A stretch of 64,000 nucleotides of DNA from Parcubacteria group bacterium (GTDB taxonomy: Bacteria; Patescibacteriota; Minisyncoccia; Moranbacterales; UBA11712), in NCBI GenBank assembly GCA_041659065.1, contig JBAZYY010000005.1, forward strand, positions 974-64,973, in the 5' to 3' direction. The stretch's first letter is position 1. Every line of letters begins with the position of its first letter. The notes below the pieces were generated by a model. The model worked only from the letters and a program-made list of their open reading frames with translations, did not search any database and was not told the DNA's origin. The translations under genes and the position numbers were made by a program. Shown here in pieces: positions 28,737 to 38,749 of this stretch.

Positions 28737-30584
28737 TTAGGGATATTTAATTGGGTCAAATTGTTCACTGAAATCATCCGGCGATTTTTCCGCGCCAAGT
28801 GGCCAATCGCCAACCCTCAGATCTATGATTTTTGAATCGACAGCACCAAATTCCGTTGCCTCTCTGTGATCATTCATTATTCCATTTACAATAGACCGAT
28901 ATAAGCCATTTGTCGTGTACAAGCATCCTTTTTCACAACTTGCGCCAAGGCCATTCCATTTGCTTTGGCATTTCCTTCCCCAATCATAAGAAATTGGAAC
29001 AGAATCAGACATAAGTGGAGGAGGTCCCCACTTTGGTTTACCCTGTGTGCAATTATAATGCGAACCGCCAATAAACTTATTTGGATCCATTAAAGTACTC
29101 GTATATTCATCATCCAGAGCCCCAAGTATATGACCCCCCTGTTCATGCGCAAGTGAATTAGCTGTCGCTATCTCGCCGCCGCTGCAATATTCCGCTGCTA
29201 TGCCATCATTGCCGGCAAATCCTGCTGCTTTCATGGGTACCTGAGCCCACGCATGACCCCCAAAAAAAATTCCTGCATGAACATAACCATAGCTTGTAAA
29301 TATATTTCCGGTTGGGCAGTTATAGTCCCTCGCGCCTATTCTGTCAGACTTATATATGGCCAATTTGCTTTGGGTAAATTTTGGCATACGTTCATATCCT
29401 TGAGCCAGGCCTGAGGCTAACTCAGAAAATATCAAAAGTTCTTCGTCGTTGTTCCAATCATATTTCCAAACCATATTGGGATCACAAGGGGTCTCACCTT
29501 CTCGCATATATTCATTATTTCTCATAAGAATGAAAACAAAATCAGCGCCAGGGTCTCCTTTGAGAAGATGGCAGGTGTTGACTATTCCGCACTGGACGCA
29601 AGCATTTTTTATTGTGCTCACTATCCCAGCTTTGTTATTTTCATTGTTCGAATTTGTGCTTTCACTTGCATTAAATTTTGCTGAATCTGGTTCGGCGTAA
29701 GCCTTTGGAATCAAAAAACTATCAAGCCGTAAAGAAAATTTGTCATTTGTTTCGATACTGGCAGTCGTATTTGGACAAGAATTGATATAAACCTTTGCTT
29801 GATTGGAATTTTTATCCTGAAATTTAGCTTCGACATACGGAGCGCTTTCGGATGATGACCCAAGCGAGGTTGTCACAGCTTGGACAAGGCCTTTGGCGAC
29901 TTTGATTTGCGTCTCGTCGCTGGCTTTCCATTCGGCTTGGGAAGTGATATCTTCTTCGCTGGTTGTTCCGTCGCAGTAATATTTCCCAATGGCTTTCAGT
30001 TGTTTTGTTTTGCCTTTCTCGTCTCCGGACAAAGTGTCGAGAGCGACATAAAATCCGACTCCGTTATCTTTGATATTTTCGGTTTGTTCAGCGCACTGGA
30101 TGACAACCGATTCCAGTTTTTTGTTTTTCGAATCGCATTTACTTCCATTATTGGTATCACTACCTACCGTTTGATTACTTCCTTTTCCTGAACAATCGTG
30201 CTGCCACCAGTTCGCGCCTTTCCAGCCGGCGATATTCATAACCGCGTTCACAATCAGCCAGCCGCAAAGAGCAAAAGCAAATCCTCGCAAAGACCCTAGC
30301 AAAGCTTGCTGTGCAAAGGCGAGAGCCTTGGGAAATACACCAGCAATAATATATGACAATCCGCCTACAGTGATTCCAAGCACCGTCGCGGTAATGAGAA
30401 GCGACCCGGAGAGCCATTGAAAAATATTTGAAAAACCGACCAGGAGATAGCACAGGTTGCAGTCATTTTTACAAGGCACCAGCCCATCGGCGCAAGTTGA
30501 TTGCGAAGAAAAATAAAAAGCTAGGGCTACAGCCGCAATAGCCACAAGAATAATAACTTTATATTTTTTGATTTTTCCTTTCAA
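28737..30584 (-). CDS. CPR-type pilin-like N-terminal domain fused to an Ig-like domain and a putative zinc metallopeptidase (M64-like)
   Basis: GLVPC..CNLC plus two TM helices; QLKAIGKY..DITSQAEW; AHEQGGHILGALDDEY..LYRSIVNGIM. Confidence 0.7.
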   Translation of the reverse strand: MKGKIKKYKVIILVAIAAVALAFYFSSQSTCADGLVPCKNDCNLCYLLVGFSNIFQWLSGSLLITATVLGITVGGLSYIIAGVFPKALAFAQQALLGSLRGFAFALCGWLIVNAVMNIAGWKGANWWQHDCSGKGSNQTVGSDTNNGSKCDSKNKKLESVVIQCAEQTENIKDNGVGFYVALDTLSGDEKGKTKQLKAIGKYYCDGTTSEEDITSQAEWKASDETQIKVAKGLVQAVTTSLGSSSESAPYVEAKFQDKNSNQAKVYINSCPNTTASIETNDKFSLRLDSFLIPKAYAEPDSAKFNASESTNSNNENNKAGIVSTIKNACVQCGIVNTCHLLKGDPGADFVFILMRNNEYMREGETPCDPNMVWKYDWNNDEELLIFSELASGLAQGYERMPKFTQSKLAIYKSDRIGARDYNCPTGNIFTSYGYVHAGIFFGGHAWAQVPMKAAGFAGNDGIAAEYCSGGEIATANSLAHEQGGHILGALDDEYTSTLMDPNKFIGGSHYNCTQGKPKWGPPPLMSDSVPISYDWGRKCQSKWNGLGASCEKGCLYTTNGLYRSIVNGIMNDHREATEFGAVDSKIIDLRVGDWPLGAEKSPDDFSEQFDPIKYP

Positions 30585-30601
30585 TGATTGTTTTCCTTTT
30601 T

Positions 30602-31174
30602 TTATTTTTTTCCCAAATTTTTTAGAGCCGCCCGCACTCTTTCCGAAACATCTTTCATGCTTTCCGGAACGACCTTGAGGGCATCGCGGGCTTGAGCATT
30701 CGTGTAGCCCAATGAAATCAGAGCCTCGATTGCTTCGGAATCCGCTTTAGCTGTTCCTTGATCTTCTCCTGGCAAATCCGCAATCCTGTTTTTAAGCTCA
30801 AGGATTACCCGCTCGGCGGTTTTTCTCCCCACGCCCGAAACACGCGTGAGAATCGAAGAATCTCCGCTAATGACTGCCGTGCGGATTGTTTTTGGTTCGG
30901 CAATCGACAGGATGCCAATCGCGGCCTTAGGCCCAATTCCCGAAATCGAGATCAGAAGCTCGAACATTTCGAGCTCCTCCAGGCTCAAAAATCCATAGAG
31001 CGCCAAGGTATCTTCGCGAACGTAGGTATGGGTGAAAAGTTCTATTTCATCTTTTCCGGCAATTTTTCCCATCGCAAAATCAGTAACGAATATCTTGTAT
31101 CCGATCCCGCCAACATTCACTACGACATAATTATCCCTGAAAAAGGCGATTTTCCCCGCTATTCTAGCAATCAT
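30602..31174 (-). CDS. ruvA: Holliday junction branch migration protein RuvA
   Basis: GGIGYKI, VREDTLALYGF, ISGIGPKAA, GVGRKTAERVILELK. Confidence 0.97.
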   Translation of the reverse strand: MIARIAGKIAFFRDNYVVVNVGGIGYKIFVTDFAMGKIAGKDEIELFTHTYVREDTLALYGFLSLEELEMFELLISISGIGPKAAIGILSIAEPKTIRTAVISGDSSILTRVSGVGRKTAERVILELKNRIADLPGEDQGTAKADSEAIEALISLGYTNAQARDALKVVPESMKDVSERVRAALKNLGKK

Positions 31175-31177
31175 ATT

Positions 31178-31333
31178 TTGTATCTTGTATATAGTATCTA
31201 GTATTTAGTATATTATTTCAATAGCAGCTCCCATTTACAAAAGTTGATTATCATGTTAGAAATATAAGGTAATTTTCAACAATTTTTAATTTTCAACTGC
31301 AACTTTCAACTTTTAACTTTGAACTTTGCACTT
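31178..31333. repeat. Two heptamer arrays in the ruvA-rpsT intergenic region
   Basis: TTGTATC/TAGTATC-type x5 (31178-31212); TTTCAAC/TTTTAAC/TTTGAAC-type (31285-31333). Confidence 0.75.
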
Positions 31334-31346
31334 GAGTATAACGAAC

Positions 31347-31616
31347 GTGCCAATCAAACAGAACGCCAAGAAATACATGCGTGCGTCAGCAAAACGCAAG
31401 GGGCAGAACCAAAAAACCAAGAAAGCTTTTCGCTCAGCGGTTAAGAAAACAATGGAGCTGGTAAGCGCCAGCAAATTTGACGAGGCGAAAGAAGCCCTGA
31501 AGTCGGCCGTGAAAGCCATCGACAAAGCCGCGCAGAAAAAAGCGATTGAGAAAAACACCGCGGCGAGAAAAAAATCCCGTTTGATGAAGATAATAAACAA
31601 AGCTTCAAAAAAATAG
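31347..31616 (+). CDS. rpsT: 30S ribosomal protein S20
   Basis: GTG start; PIKQNAKK..KAIDKAAQK..KNTAARKKSRL. Confidence 0.95.
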   Translation: MPIKQNAKKYMRASAKRKGQNQKTKKAFRSAVKKTMELVSASKFDEAKEALKSAVKAIDKAAQKKAIEKNTAARKKSRLMKIINKASKK

Positions 31617-31634
31617 TTTTCTCTTGTGAAATAT

Positions 31635-31676
31635 AAAAGACCGCCCAGATTCTCACGAGAAGCTAGGCGGTCTTTT
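31635..31676. terminator. Probable bidirectional terminator
   Basis: AAAAGACCGCC..GGCGGTCTTTT perfect 11-bp arms. Confidence 0.75.
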
Positions 31677-31697
31677 ACTACACTGCGAACAGTTTCA

Positions 31698-32144
31698 TTA
31701 CTTTTTAAGTTTCCGCCGGAATATGCTCGTGTCCCGTTTTTCAAAATCAAGCTTTTGGTAAAACTTATGCGCTTTCACCCGATCATTGCGGCTCGAGAGG
31801 TCAATATGCTTCACTCTCTTTTTCTTCGCCTCGGAGATTAGATGCTCGGTTATCTTTTTCCCATGACCCTTCCCTTGGTGCTCCGGATGAACTACCACGT
31901 CTTCTATCCAGACAGATTTTTTTACCAAGGTATTAAAATAATGCAAGCTGCCCATACCGACGATTTTTCCATCGATATCAAAGAGATATATTTCCAGCAG
32001 CGGGTTATTTAATAATTCCTTGAGCCTTTTTTGATCCACACTGTAATTATTTGGCGATAGATGTCCTAACAAATTGTTAATCGAGTCAATCAGCTCATTT
32101 GTCAATTTAGTGTTATTTCTAAGTTTATATATTTTATGTTTCAT
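31698..32144 (-). CDS. GNAT acetyltransferase
   Basis: WIEDVVVHPEHQGKGHGK..LSSRNDRVKAHKFYQKLDF. Confidence 0.88.
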   Translation of the reverse strand: MKHKIYKLRNNTKLTNELIDSINNLLGHLSPNNYSVDQKRLKELLNNPLLEIYLFDIDGKIVGMGSLHYFNTLVKKSVWIEDVVVHPEHQGKGHGKKITEHLISEAKKKRVKHIDLSSRNDRVKAHKFYQKLDFEKRDTSIFRRKLKK

Positions 32145-32166
32145 TTCGTGTTTTATGCTATGTGAA

Positions 32167-33132
32167 TTATACCGCCGCAATGAACTTATCAAGCGCCAGT
32201 TCAATATCAATCTTGCCGGTTTTCACTTCAAAGTCCATGTTGCAAAGCTGCTGATATAGATTTTTCAAGCCCTCCCAAGAAAAACCTGCCCCTTGTTCCA
32301 AGCTTTTTCTCGCGACGAAAGGATGAATTTTCAGCATTCCCGCGATATCTTTTTGCGTAAAGCCCTTGTCCAAAAGAGGCTTTACTTTCACCAGATTTCT
32401 GAACTGATAAAAAAACATTGAGAGAATGTAGAAGGGATCATCGCCGGAGCTCAAGTGGTTATGCAGCAATCTCAACGCTTCTTTTTTGTCCCGGCGCGCG
32501 AGAGCGTCAACCGTCCTGAAAACATCACTTTCGATTTTTGCCTTGACCAGACGATCAATGTTGTCCTCTGATATCTCACCTTGGCTGACATAATCCACCA
32601 GCTTTTCTATCTCGTTACTCATGAGATATAAGTTGCTGCCTACGTATACTTCCAATTTGGCGATTGCTTTGGCATTGATTTTTACTTTCCCCCCGCTTCT
32701 CGAATCAACCTCTTCTTTGATCCAGTTTAGAAGTTTTACTCCCTCCAAGGATCCGAATTCCTGTGATTTGGCGATTTTTAAAAGCAACTTATATATCTTG
32801 TCTCTTTTATCGATCTTTTTCCCCTCCCAAAAGACTAGGATCAAATCCTTAGAATTTTCCTTGGCTTTTTCTTTTAAGAAGGAAATAAAGGCGTCATTTT
32901 CTGCCGCTAATCGGCTTGCGATTAAATTTTTCGCTATCACCAAACGTTTTTTGGAAAAAAGGCCTTCCGAGGAAGCGCTCATCGTGATAGCGCTTAAATC
33001 CTTTTTCTCTTCCGTCAGGTCAAAAACATCCAATGCGAAATTTTCCCGATTTTTTTCGAGGAACTTTTCTTTGATTTCGGAAATTTTCCGGAGCGAACGA
33101 AACTCGTCCTCCCCATATAAAAATATAATCAT
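32167..33132 (-). CDS. holA: DNA polymerase III delta subunit
   Basis: MIIFLYGEDEF, GLFSKKRLVI, NEIEKL, KIHPFVARK, DFEVKTG. Confidence 0.92.
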   Translation of the reverse strand: MIIFLYGEDEFRSLRKISEIKEKFLEKNRENFALDVFDLTEEKKDLSAITMSASSEGLFSKKRLVIAKNLIASRLAAENDAFISFLKEKAKENSKDLILVFWEGKKIDKRDKIYKLLLKIAKSQEFGSLEGVKLLNWIKEEVDSRSGGKVKINAKAIAKLEVYVGSNLYLMSNEIEKLVDYVSQGEISEDNIDRLVKAKIESDVFRTVDALARRDKKEALRLLHNHLSSGDDPFYILSMFFYQFRNLVKVKPLLDKGFTQKDIAGMLKIHPFVARKSLEQGAGFSWEGLKNLYQQLCNMDFEVKTGKIDIELALDKFIAAV

Positions 33133-33140
33133 CGCAAAGC

Positions 33141-33215
33141 TTGCCCGCAATACCACGCAATGCGAGACGACAGGCAATACCTAAACTTCACACTTTTAAC
33201 TTTGCACTTTTAACT
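33141..33215. repeat. Degenerate palindromic element next to a heptamer array
   Basis: TTGCC..GGCAA-bounded 37-mer followed by ACTTCAC ACTTTTA ACTTTGC ACTTTTA. Confidence 0.5.
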
Positions 33216-34335
33216 AGCTTTGCGGTTCCCACTTCAGTGCTTGGCCCGGCTCCAGAACTTCAACCCAAAGTTGGCCAGGAACAAATTTAACTTCCTGCCC
33301 TTGGTCGTCATATAGAAAAAGCTTAGAAGCCCATTTGGACTTGTCTTTCTTCCAGCGCCCCTTGATCTCTTTACCGTTAAAATAGTAATAAGCATCCCCT
33401 TCGCTGACAGTATCAAACTGCGGGTCTCCGATCTGAACATTGTTATATTGTCCTTCAATCTGTTCGGAAGACGCAATCACTACAGCGATATTTTTAGGGG
33501 CGTTTCTTTTGCCGTTATTGGCGTCCACATCCGCGACTTTGTTCCAGGTACGAAGATAAGTGTTAGTGGCTTTGTCATAGTCGTAATCCACCGCGTAGGG
33601 ACCTGCAAATCCGACACGTAAATGCCCGCCATTTGGTCTCTGGTCAACCGGTGCCTCAGCTTGATGCGGATACCCCGTAAATTTGTCCGTCATATCATAG
33701 CCAGCGTCTTTGGCGCATTGAAGCAGCTTATCAAATTTGGCAAATCCGTTGTCCGGGGGTGCGATCCCTTCTTTCCTAAAACCACATTGCGGAGCCTTGT
33801 GCCCGAAACTCCCGTTCAGATCCAGATTATCAACTGCTCCTTTGTTCAGAATATCCCCCGCGAAGTGCGACCCTCCCCAATGGGTGAGAATTGCGTCCCA
33901 GCCGGCCGCAAGCGCGATATAATCATGCCGAGTAGAACGAATGGAGCCTACCTCGGTCGGATCATTGCAGACATAGAGCGCCATAAGACGCGTAATGCTC
34001 GCGGTTATGGCCGGCATCTCAAGGACCAAATCCGCGTCTGAGAAACCGCTATCCGGTCGCACGCTAAGATCGGCAGCCTCCATCACCGCAATCGGCCTTC
34101 GATTCCAATTCGCGCATTGCAGTCCCGAAAACGGACTTACATCGCCGGAATTCGCCGGAGCTCCCGTATCAACCTGGCCTTTCAGCGAATCCGTAAGAAG
34201 ATCATTCGCCTTTCTGTTGCCAAACCATCCCGAAAAATATCCGACAACCAAAATAATAACCGCTACTGCCACAATGCCCAGGATAGTCTTTTGTTTACCG
34301 CCCATCATGGCGATTTTGTTTATTAGCCCCTTCAT
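33214..34335 (-). CDS. DUF3048 domain membrane-anchored protein
   Basis: SPFSG..RPIAVM..ADLVLE..ITRLMALY..VGSIRSTR..HWGGS..PGQLWVEV. Confidence 0.85.
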   Translation of the reverse strand: MKGLINKIAMMGGKQKTILGIVAVAVIILVVGYFSGWFGNRKANDLLTDSLKGQVDTGAPANSGDVSPFSGLQCANWNRRPIAVMEAADLSVRPDSGFSDADLVLEMPAITASITRLMALYVCNDPTEVGSIRSTRHDYIALAAGWDAILTHWGGSHFAGDILNKGAVDNLDLNGSFGHKAPQCGFRKEGIAPPDNGFAKFDKLLQCAKDAGYDMTDKFTGYPHQAEAPVDQRPNGGHLRVGFAGPYAVDYDYDKATNTYLRTWNKVADVDANNGKRNAPKNIAVVIASSEQIEGQYNNVQIGDPQFDTVSEGDAYYYFNGKEIKGRWKKDKSKWASKLFLYDDQGQEVKFVPGQLWVEVLEPGQALKWEPQS

Positions 34336-34355
34336 AATTCGTTAGAAATAAAAAA

Positions 34356-35213
34356 TTATTTTTGGCACTTCGGGCAATAGAAGGTGCTTCTTTGCCCAAT
34401 CACCTTTCTTTGGATTATTGTACCACAAACCGCGCATTTTTTTCCAGCTCGGCGATAAACCTTGAGCGCTTTTTGAAAATTCCCGGGAGCCCCGCTCGTA
34501 TCCCGATAATCACTATCTGACGTTCCACGCATCCGAATGGCTTTTTTAAGTATTTTTTTGATTGCGGAATACAGCTTCTTGCGTTCAGCTAAGACCAGGC
34601 TTTGGGACGCACGATCCGGCAAAATACCGGCTTCGTGCAAAATTTCACTGGCGTAAATATTTCCAATGCCGGCAATAACAGTTTGATTTAGCAAAAGCTC
34701 CTTTATTTTTGTCTTGCGACCGTCTAGTATCTTATTCAGCTTAAGCAGATCGAAAGAAGAGCTCATGGCATCAACCCCTAAATCTTTAATGCCCTTCACC
34801 TGATACAGTTTTCCTGCGTCGGCTAATATTAATTTTCCAAATTTTCGCACGTCTGAAAATTCAATTGTCTTCCCGCCTTTCAAATAGAAGATATGACGAA
34901 CATACTGATTCACCCTGTCCTCAAAATAATCCCTTCCATAACTTTTCACTTTTAACTTTTCACTTTTAACTAGTAAGTGTCCTGTCATCCTGAGATGCAT
35001 GGCAATTGCCTTCCCGCCGTCCAAATTCAAGATAATATACTTCCCTTTCCTCTCAACATTAATAATTTTTTTGTTTTTAATGGCTTCCCTGAATTTTGCG
35101 ACAGGATTATTCAGACCTTTCGCCCAAGCACTCCAAAAACTGACGATAGTCTCGCCTTTAATTTTGCGGTTCAAATCGTCGACAATTGTCTGCACTTCGG
35201 GAAGTTCCGGCAT
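34356..35213 (-). CDS. mutM: Formamidopyrimidine-DNA glycosylase
   Basis: MPELPEV, HLRMTG, DVRKFG, GIGNIYASE, C-terminal CAVC..CPKCQ zinc finger. Confidence 0.97.
   Translation of the reverse strand: MPELPEVQTIVDDLNRKIKGETIVSFWSAWAKGLNNPVAKFREAIKNKKIINVERKGKYIILNLDGGKAIAMHLRMTGHLLVKSEKLKVKSYGRDYFEDRVNQYVRHIFYLKGGKTIEFSDVRKFGKLILADAGKLYQVKGIKDLGVDAMSSSFDLLKLNKILDGRKTKIKELLLNQTVIAGIGNIYASEILHEAGILPDRASQSLVLAERKKLYSAIKKILKKAIRMRGTSDSDYRDTSGAPGNFQKALKVYRRAGKKCAVCGTIIQRKVIGQRSTFYCPKCQK
34941..34971. repeat. Heptamer array in frame within mutM (VKSEKLKVKS)
   Basis: ACTTTTC ACTTTTA ACTTTTC ACTTTTA. Confidence 0.8.
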
Positions 35214-35229
35214 ATTCGCTATCGCTCAA

Positions 35230-35292
35230 ATTAAAAGTTAAAAATGTCATGCCCTAGGCAGATCAGCCTATGGCTGAAAAAGTTAAAAGTTT
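35230..35292. repeat. Double mini-hairpin element embedded in an AAAAGTT heptamer array
   Basis: TGCC-CTA-GGCA G A TCAGCC-TAT-GGCTGA flanked by TAAAAGT/AAAAAGT units. Confidence 0.6.
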
Positions 35293-35306
35293 TTAGATTC
35301 AATCAC

Positions 35307-36089
35307 TTAGCTCTCGCTTTCGTATTGCTTAGCAATCTTCCACAAAGTTTCAAAAAATTGCTTGTAGCTACCAGCAATAACACGGCTTGATATAGTGAAA
35401 TTTGTCACTGGTTCTCCAAAAATGTTGAACCCGATCGCTTCCGGCCAGATGTTGGTGTTAACCATTCCGGTGAATAACCCTGGCAAGACCCGATAATCAA
35501 AAATCTTTCGGCTTCTTTTACTTTTTCCCAGATATTCCTTTTGATCCTCGCTTCCAATGTACCGAGTGGATATTTTTTTAGCGAGGCGCAGTTTTTCATA
35601 CGTTTTAATTTCTTCTCCCATATTTTCGGAAAATTTATCCCCAGCGCCGCCGATAATAAGGAGTTCCGAATTTCCCGGAGCTAAATTCAGCAGGTCAAAT
35701 TCGTGAGTAGTATATGACTCTTTCCCTTGAAATACTTCGAATTCATTCCGAGTTGGAATCAAAATCATTTCATTTAATTTTTCCGCGACTTCTTCCGCCA
35801 TTCTTTTTTGACGGTCGATCATCCCCACTAAGGTTTTTGGATTTTTCGCGCTGAATTTTTTGCGGCCGTGCTTCACTATATGCTGTACCAGTCCTTTTTG
35901 CTCGAGAGTCTCCAAAGAATTATAGATAAATTGGCCATGCAGGCCGGTTTTCTTCACAATTTTTGAACTCCCAACTTCCCCCAGCTCCAAAAGCGCCAGA
36001 TAGACCAAAGCCTCTTTTTCCTTGAGCCCCAGCTCTTTTAGACTGGCCTTAATTCCACTATTATCATTTTTATCAATATTTATTGACAT
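35307..36089 (-). CDS. TrmB-family transcriptional regulator
   Basis: LKELGLKEKEALVYLALLELG HTH; C-terminal YKQFFETLW. Confidence 0.9.
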   Translation of the reverse strand: MSINIDKNDNSGIKASLKELGLKEKEALVYLALLELGEVGSSKIVKKTGLHGQFIYNSLETLEQKGLVQHIVKHGRKKFSAKNPKTLVGMIDRQKRMAEEVAEKLNEMILIPTRNEFEVFQGKESYTTHEFDLLNLAPGNSELLIIGGAGDKFSENMGEEIKTYEKLRLAKKISTRYIGSEDQKEYLGKSKRSRKIFDYRVLPGLFTGMVNTNIWPEAIGFNIFGEPVTNFTISSRVIAGSYKQFFETLWKIAKQYESES

Positions 36090-36150
36090 TATTCACAATA
36101 TTAGCCTTTTTATAGCTCCATTGTATCACATATTTTATCATCAATCAATA

Positions 36151-36179
36151 TTGACATTATCCCATTTTTATTATATACT
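36151..36179 (+). promoter_or_regulatory. Sigma70 promoter of the carbamoyltransferase operon
   Basis: TTGACA-17 nt-TATACT. Confidence 0.75.
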
Positions 36180-36334
36180 TTAGCGTCACAGTAGAAAACT
36201 CGACTTTGAGAGTGAGAATATTAATAAAGCTTATACTCCACGATAATCTAAAGTAAAATCAGAGAGTTTTTTCGAGATCACCGTAATCACTGAAAATCAC
36301 CTATTCTCGAAAAATTTACAAATAATTAGAGACT

Positions 36335-38749
36335 ATGAAAATTATCGGCTTCAATTTAGCTAGAACTTCCTACGGGCTACCGCTTGATAATGGCGGCGCT
36401 TGTTTGATTGTGGACGGAAAAGTCAAAATGCTAATCAGCGAGGAAAGACTTAATAGAAAACAATATTCTCCTGGGTTTAAAAGAAGCTTCAGCTATATTT
36501 TGGAAAATAATAAACTTTCAATAAATGATATTGATTATTTTGTAGCCAGCTCTTGTTTGGAACCGTTAACCAATCCAAAAATAGTGCAGGTACAATTAAA
36601 GCGCTATGGATTCAACATGCCATTACGTAAAATCAAAGTGAGCGATCATCATTTGTCGCATGCTTTTTCTGCTTATTATCCATCCGGATTTAATGAGGCA
36701 ATTGTTTTGGTGTTGGACGGAGATGGAAATGTGTTGACGGAAAAAATGAAATCTGGAACGGATAACACAAAGAAATATTGGCAAAACAAGATAGAGCATA
36801 ATAGTTATTACGTCGCCAAAGGAAATAAGATAAATTTTCTCGAAAGAGACGAGGTTGAAGCTGGTGAAAATGGTTTTGGCGGGGCATATAGATACTTCAC
36901 TTATTTTTGCGGGTTTCCCGGCTATAAATACGCCGGAAAATTAATGGGTTTATCAGCCTATGGAAGCAAGAGAAATAAGTTCAAAGATATAAAATTATTT
37001 GATTTACTTCCCAACGGCCAAATTAAATGTCTGCTTCCGGATTCCGACAGATTGAATTCCCCAAAAGTTGTTGAAAACTGGCTGAAGAAACAGGGAATCA
37101 AAATTAAAGCTCGAAATCCGCAGGATCCCATTACGGAGGATACTGAAGATATTGCTTTTCTGATGCAAAAGGAATTGGACAGGGCGTTGATTCATAAAGT
37201 CAATTATTTGGTGAAAAAAACGGGAATAACTAATCTTTGCATTGCAGGCGGCGTGGGCTTAAACGCAGTGACTAATAGAGCTATCTTAGATAACACAAAA
37301 ATAAAAAATATCTTCATCCAGCCAGCGGCTGGGGACACTGGACAAGCGCTAGGGAATGCATATTTTGGAGTTTTTAATTTTGATAAAAAAAATATCAAAA
37401 GGAATTTAATTTCTGTGTATCAGGGGAAAGAATATTCGGAAAAAGAAATTAAAAACGCTCTCAATAATGAAAAACTAGTAATTGATTATCAGAAAATGTC
37501 TTTTGATGAGTTATCCAAATTAGCCGCAAAAAAAATAAAGGAAAATTATATCATTGGCTGGTTTCAAGGCCGTTCTGAAATGGGTCCGCGAGCGCTGGGA
37601 AATCGAAGTATTCTCGCAAGTCCGGCCAGCAGCAAGATGAAAGACGCTCTTAATCTCAAAGTCAAACACAGAGAAAACTTTCGGCCGTTTGCCCCAAGTG
37701 TTTTGCGAGAAAAAGTAAGCGAATGGTTTGATATTGATTTCGATGCTCCATATATGATATTCAACGCGCAGGTCAAGCAGCCAAAAATTATTCCGGCCGT
37801 GACCCATAAGGACGGCAGTGCCAGATTGCAAACGGTGAGCAAAAAAGATAACGAGCATTACTATAAGTTAATTAAAGAGTTTGAAAAACTGACAAAAATT
37901 CCGGTTGTCATAAATACATCCTTTAACGATAACGAGTCAATTGTGGAAACGCCGCAGGATGCTTTGAATTGTTTTTTGCGAACCGGCATAGATTATCTTT
38001 TCTTGGGAGACTATTTCGTTTCGAAAAAATCCGGGTTGATAGATCCGGCAAAAAATCTGAAAGAGATTGACAATGCCTGGAGTAAAATTGCCTCGCAAAC
38101 CAGCAAGATCCAAAATGCGAAAAACAAAGTGCTAAATTCGAAGATTTTATCGCTGACGAAAAAATATATTTCAAAAGGAGGGAATATATTCGATTACACC
38201 TGCGAATGGGGGGAGTACGCTAATCTGTTGGCTGAAAATGGATACGAAGTCAACGCCCTGAATGAATCCAACCAGATGATTCTTGGGGCCAGAAAAAAAT
38301 TCACAAAGCCAACATTTTATACCAAAAAAGAATTTCGAAAGAATTTTCCAATCTTGCGGGAAAAGTTTGATCTTGTCATGTCGAATCTCTGGCTGTGCAT
38401 TTTGGAAGAAAAATATCACGGAAAATTCATAGAAAATCTAAAAAAGATGGCGAAAAAAGATGGCTTGATTATGCTAAGTTTCTGCCATCCTGCTTTTGAC
38501 TATATGCGAGACAGTATTGTGACGCGCAGGATAGTCGACTATTCTCAAGCCCGCTACGATAAAAAATTCAAGCACAAAAAAATTGTCCATGAAAATGGTT
38601 TGGCGTTCGACGATTATCACCGCCCTCTGCCCTATTATATTTCGTTATTCAAAAAACATGGATTAAGAATTGTAGATATCGCTGAAAGTAAAACACTGAA
38701 TACGAATTATTATCCCGATTTTATTATTTTTGTACTAAAAGTTAAATGA
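36335..38749 (+). CDS. NodU/CmcH-family carbamoyltransferase fused to a class I methyltransferase-like domain
   Basis: EERLNR, HHLSHA, LDGDG, GKLMGLSAYG, AGGVGLN, PAAGDTG, GPRALGNRS, FRPFAP, DGSARLQTV, INTSFN; ~230-aa C-terminal domain paralogous to 39429-40151. Confidence 0.92.
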   Translation: MKIIGFNLARTSYGLPLDNGGACLIVDGKVKMLISEERLNRKQYSPGFKRSFSYILENNKLSINDIDYFVASSCLEPLTNPKIVQVQLKRYGFNMPLRKIKVSDHHLSHAFSAYYPSGFNEAIVLVLDGDGNVLTEKMKSGTDNTKKYWQNKIEHNSYYVAKGNKINFLERDEVEAGENGFGGAYRYFTYFCGFPGYKYAGKLMGLSAYGSKRNKFKDIKLFDLLPNGQIKCLLPDSDRLNSPKVVENWLKKQGIKIKARNPQDPITEDTEDIAFLMQKELDRALIHKVNYLVKKTGITNLCIAGGVGLNAVTNRAILDNTKIKNIFIQPAAGDTGQALGNAYFGVFNFDKKNIKRNLISVYQGKEYSEKEIKNALNNEKLVIDYQKMSFDELSKLAAKKIKENYIIGWFQGRSEMGPRALGNRSILASPASSKMKDALNLKVKHRENFRPFAPSVLREKVSEWFDIDFDAPYMIFNAQVKQPKIIPAVTHKDGSARLQTVSKKDNEHYYKLIKEFEKLTKIPVVINTSFNDNESIVETPQDALNCFLRTGIDYLFLGDYFVSKKSGLIDPAKNLKEIDNAWSKIASQTSKIQNAKNKVLNSKILSLTKKYISKGGNIFDYTCEWGEYANLLAENGYEVNALNESNQMILGARKKFTKPTFYTKKEFRKNFPILREKFDLVMSNLWLCILEEKYHGKFIENLKKMAKKDGLIMLSFCHPAFDYMRDSIVTRRIVDYSQARYDKKFKHKKIVHENGLAFDDYHRPLPYYISLFKKHGLRIVDIAESKTLNTNYYPDFIIFVLKVK

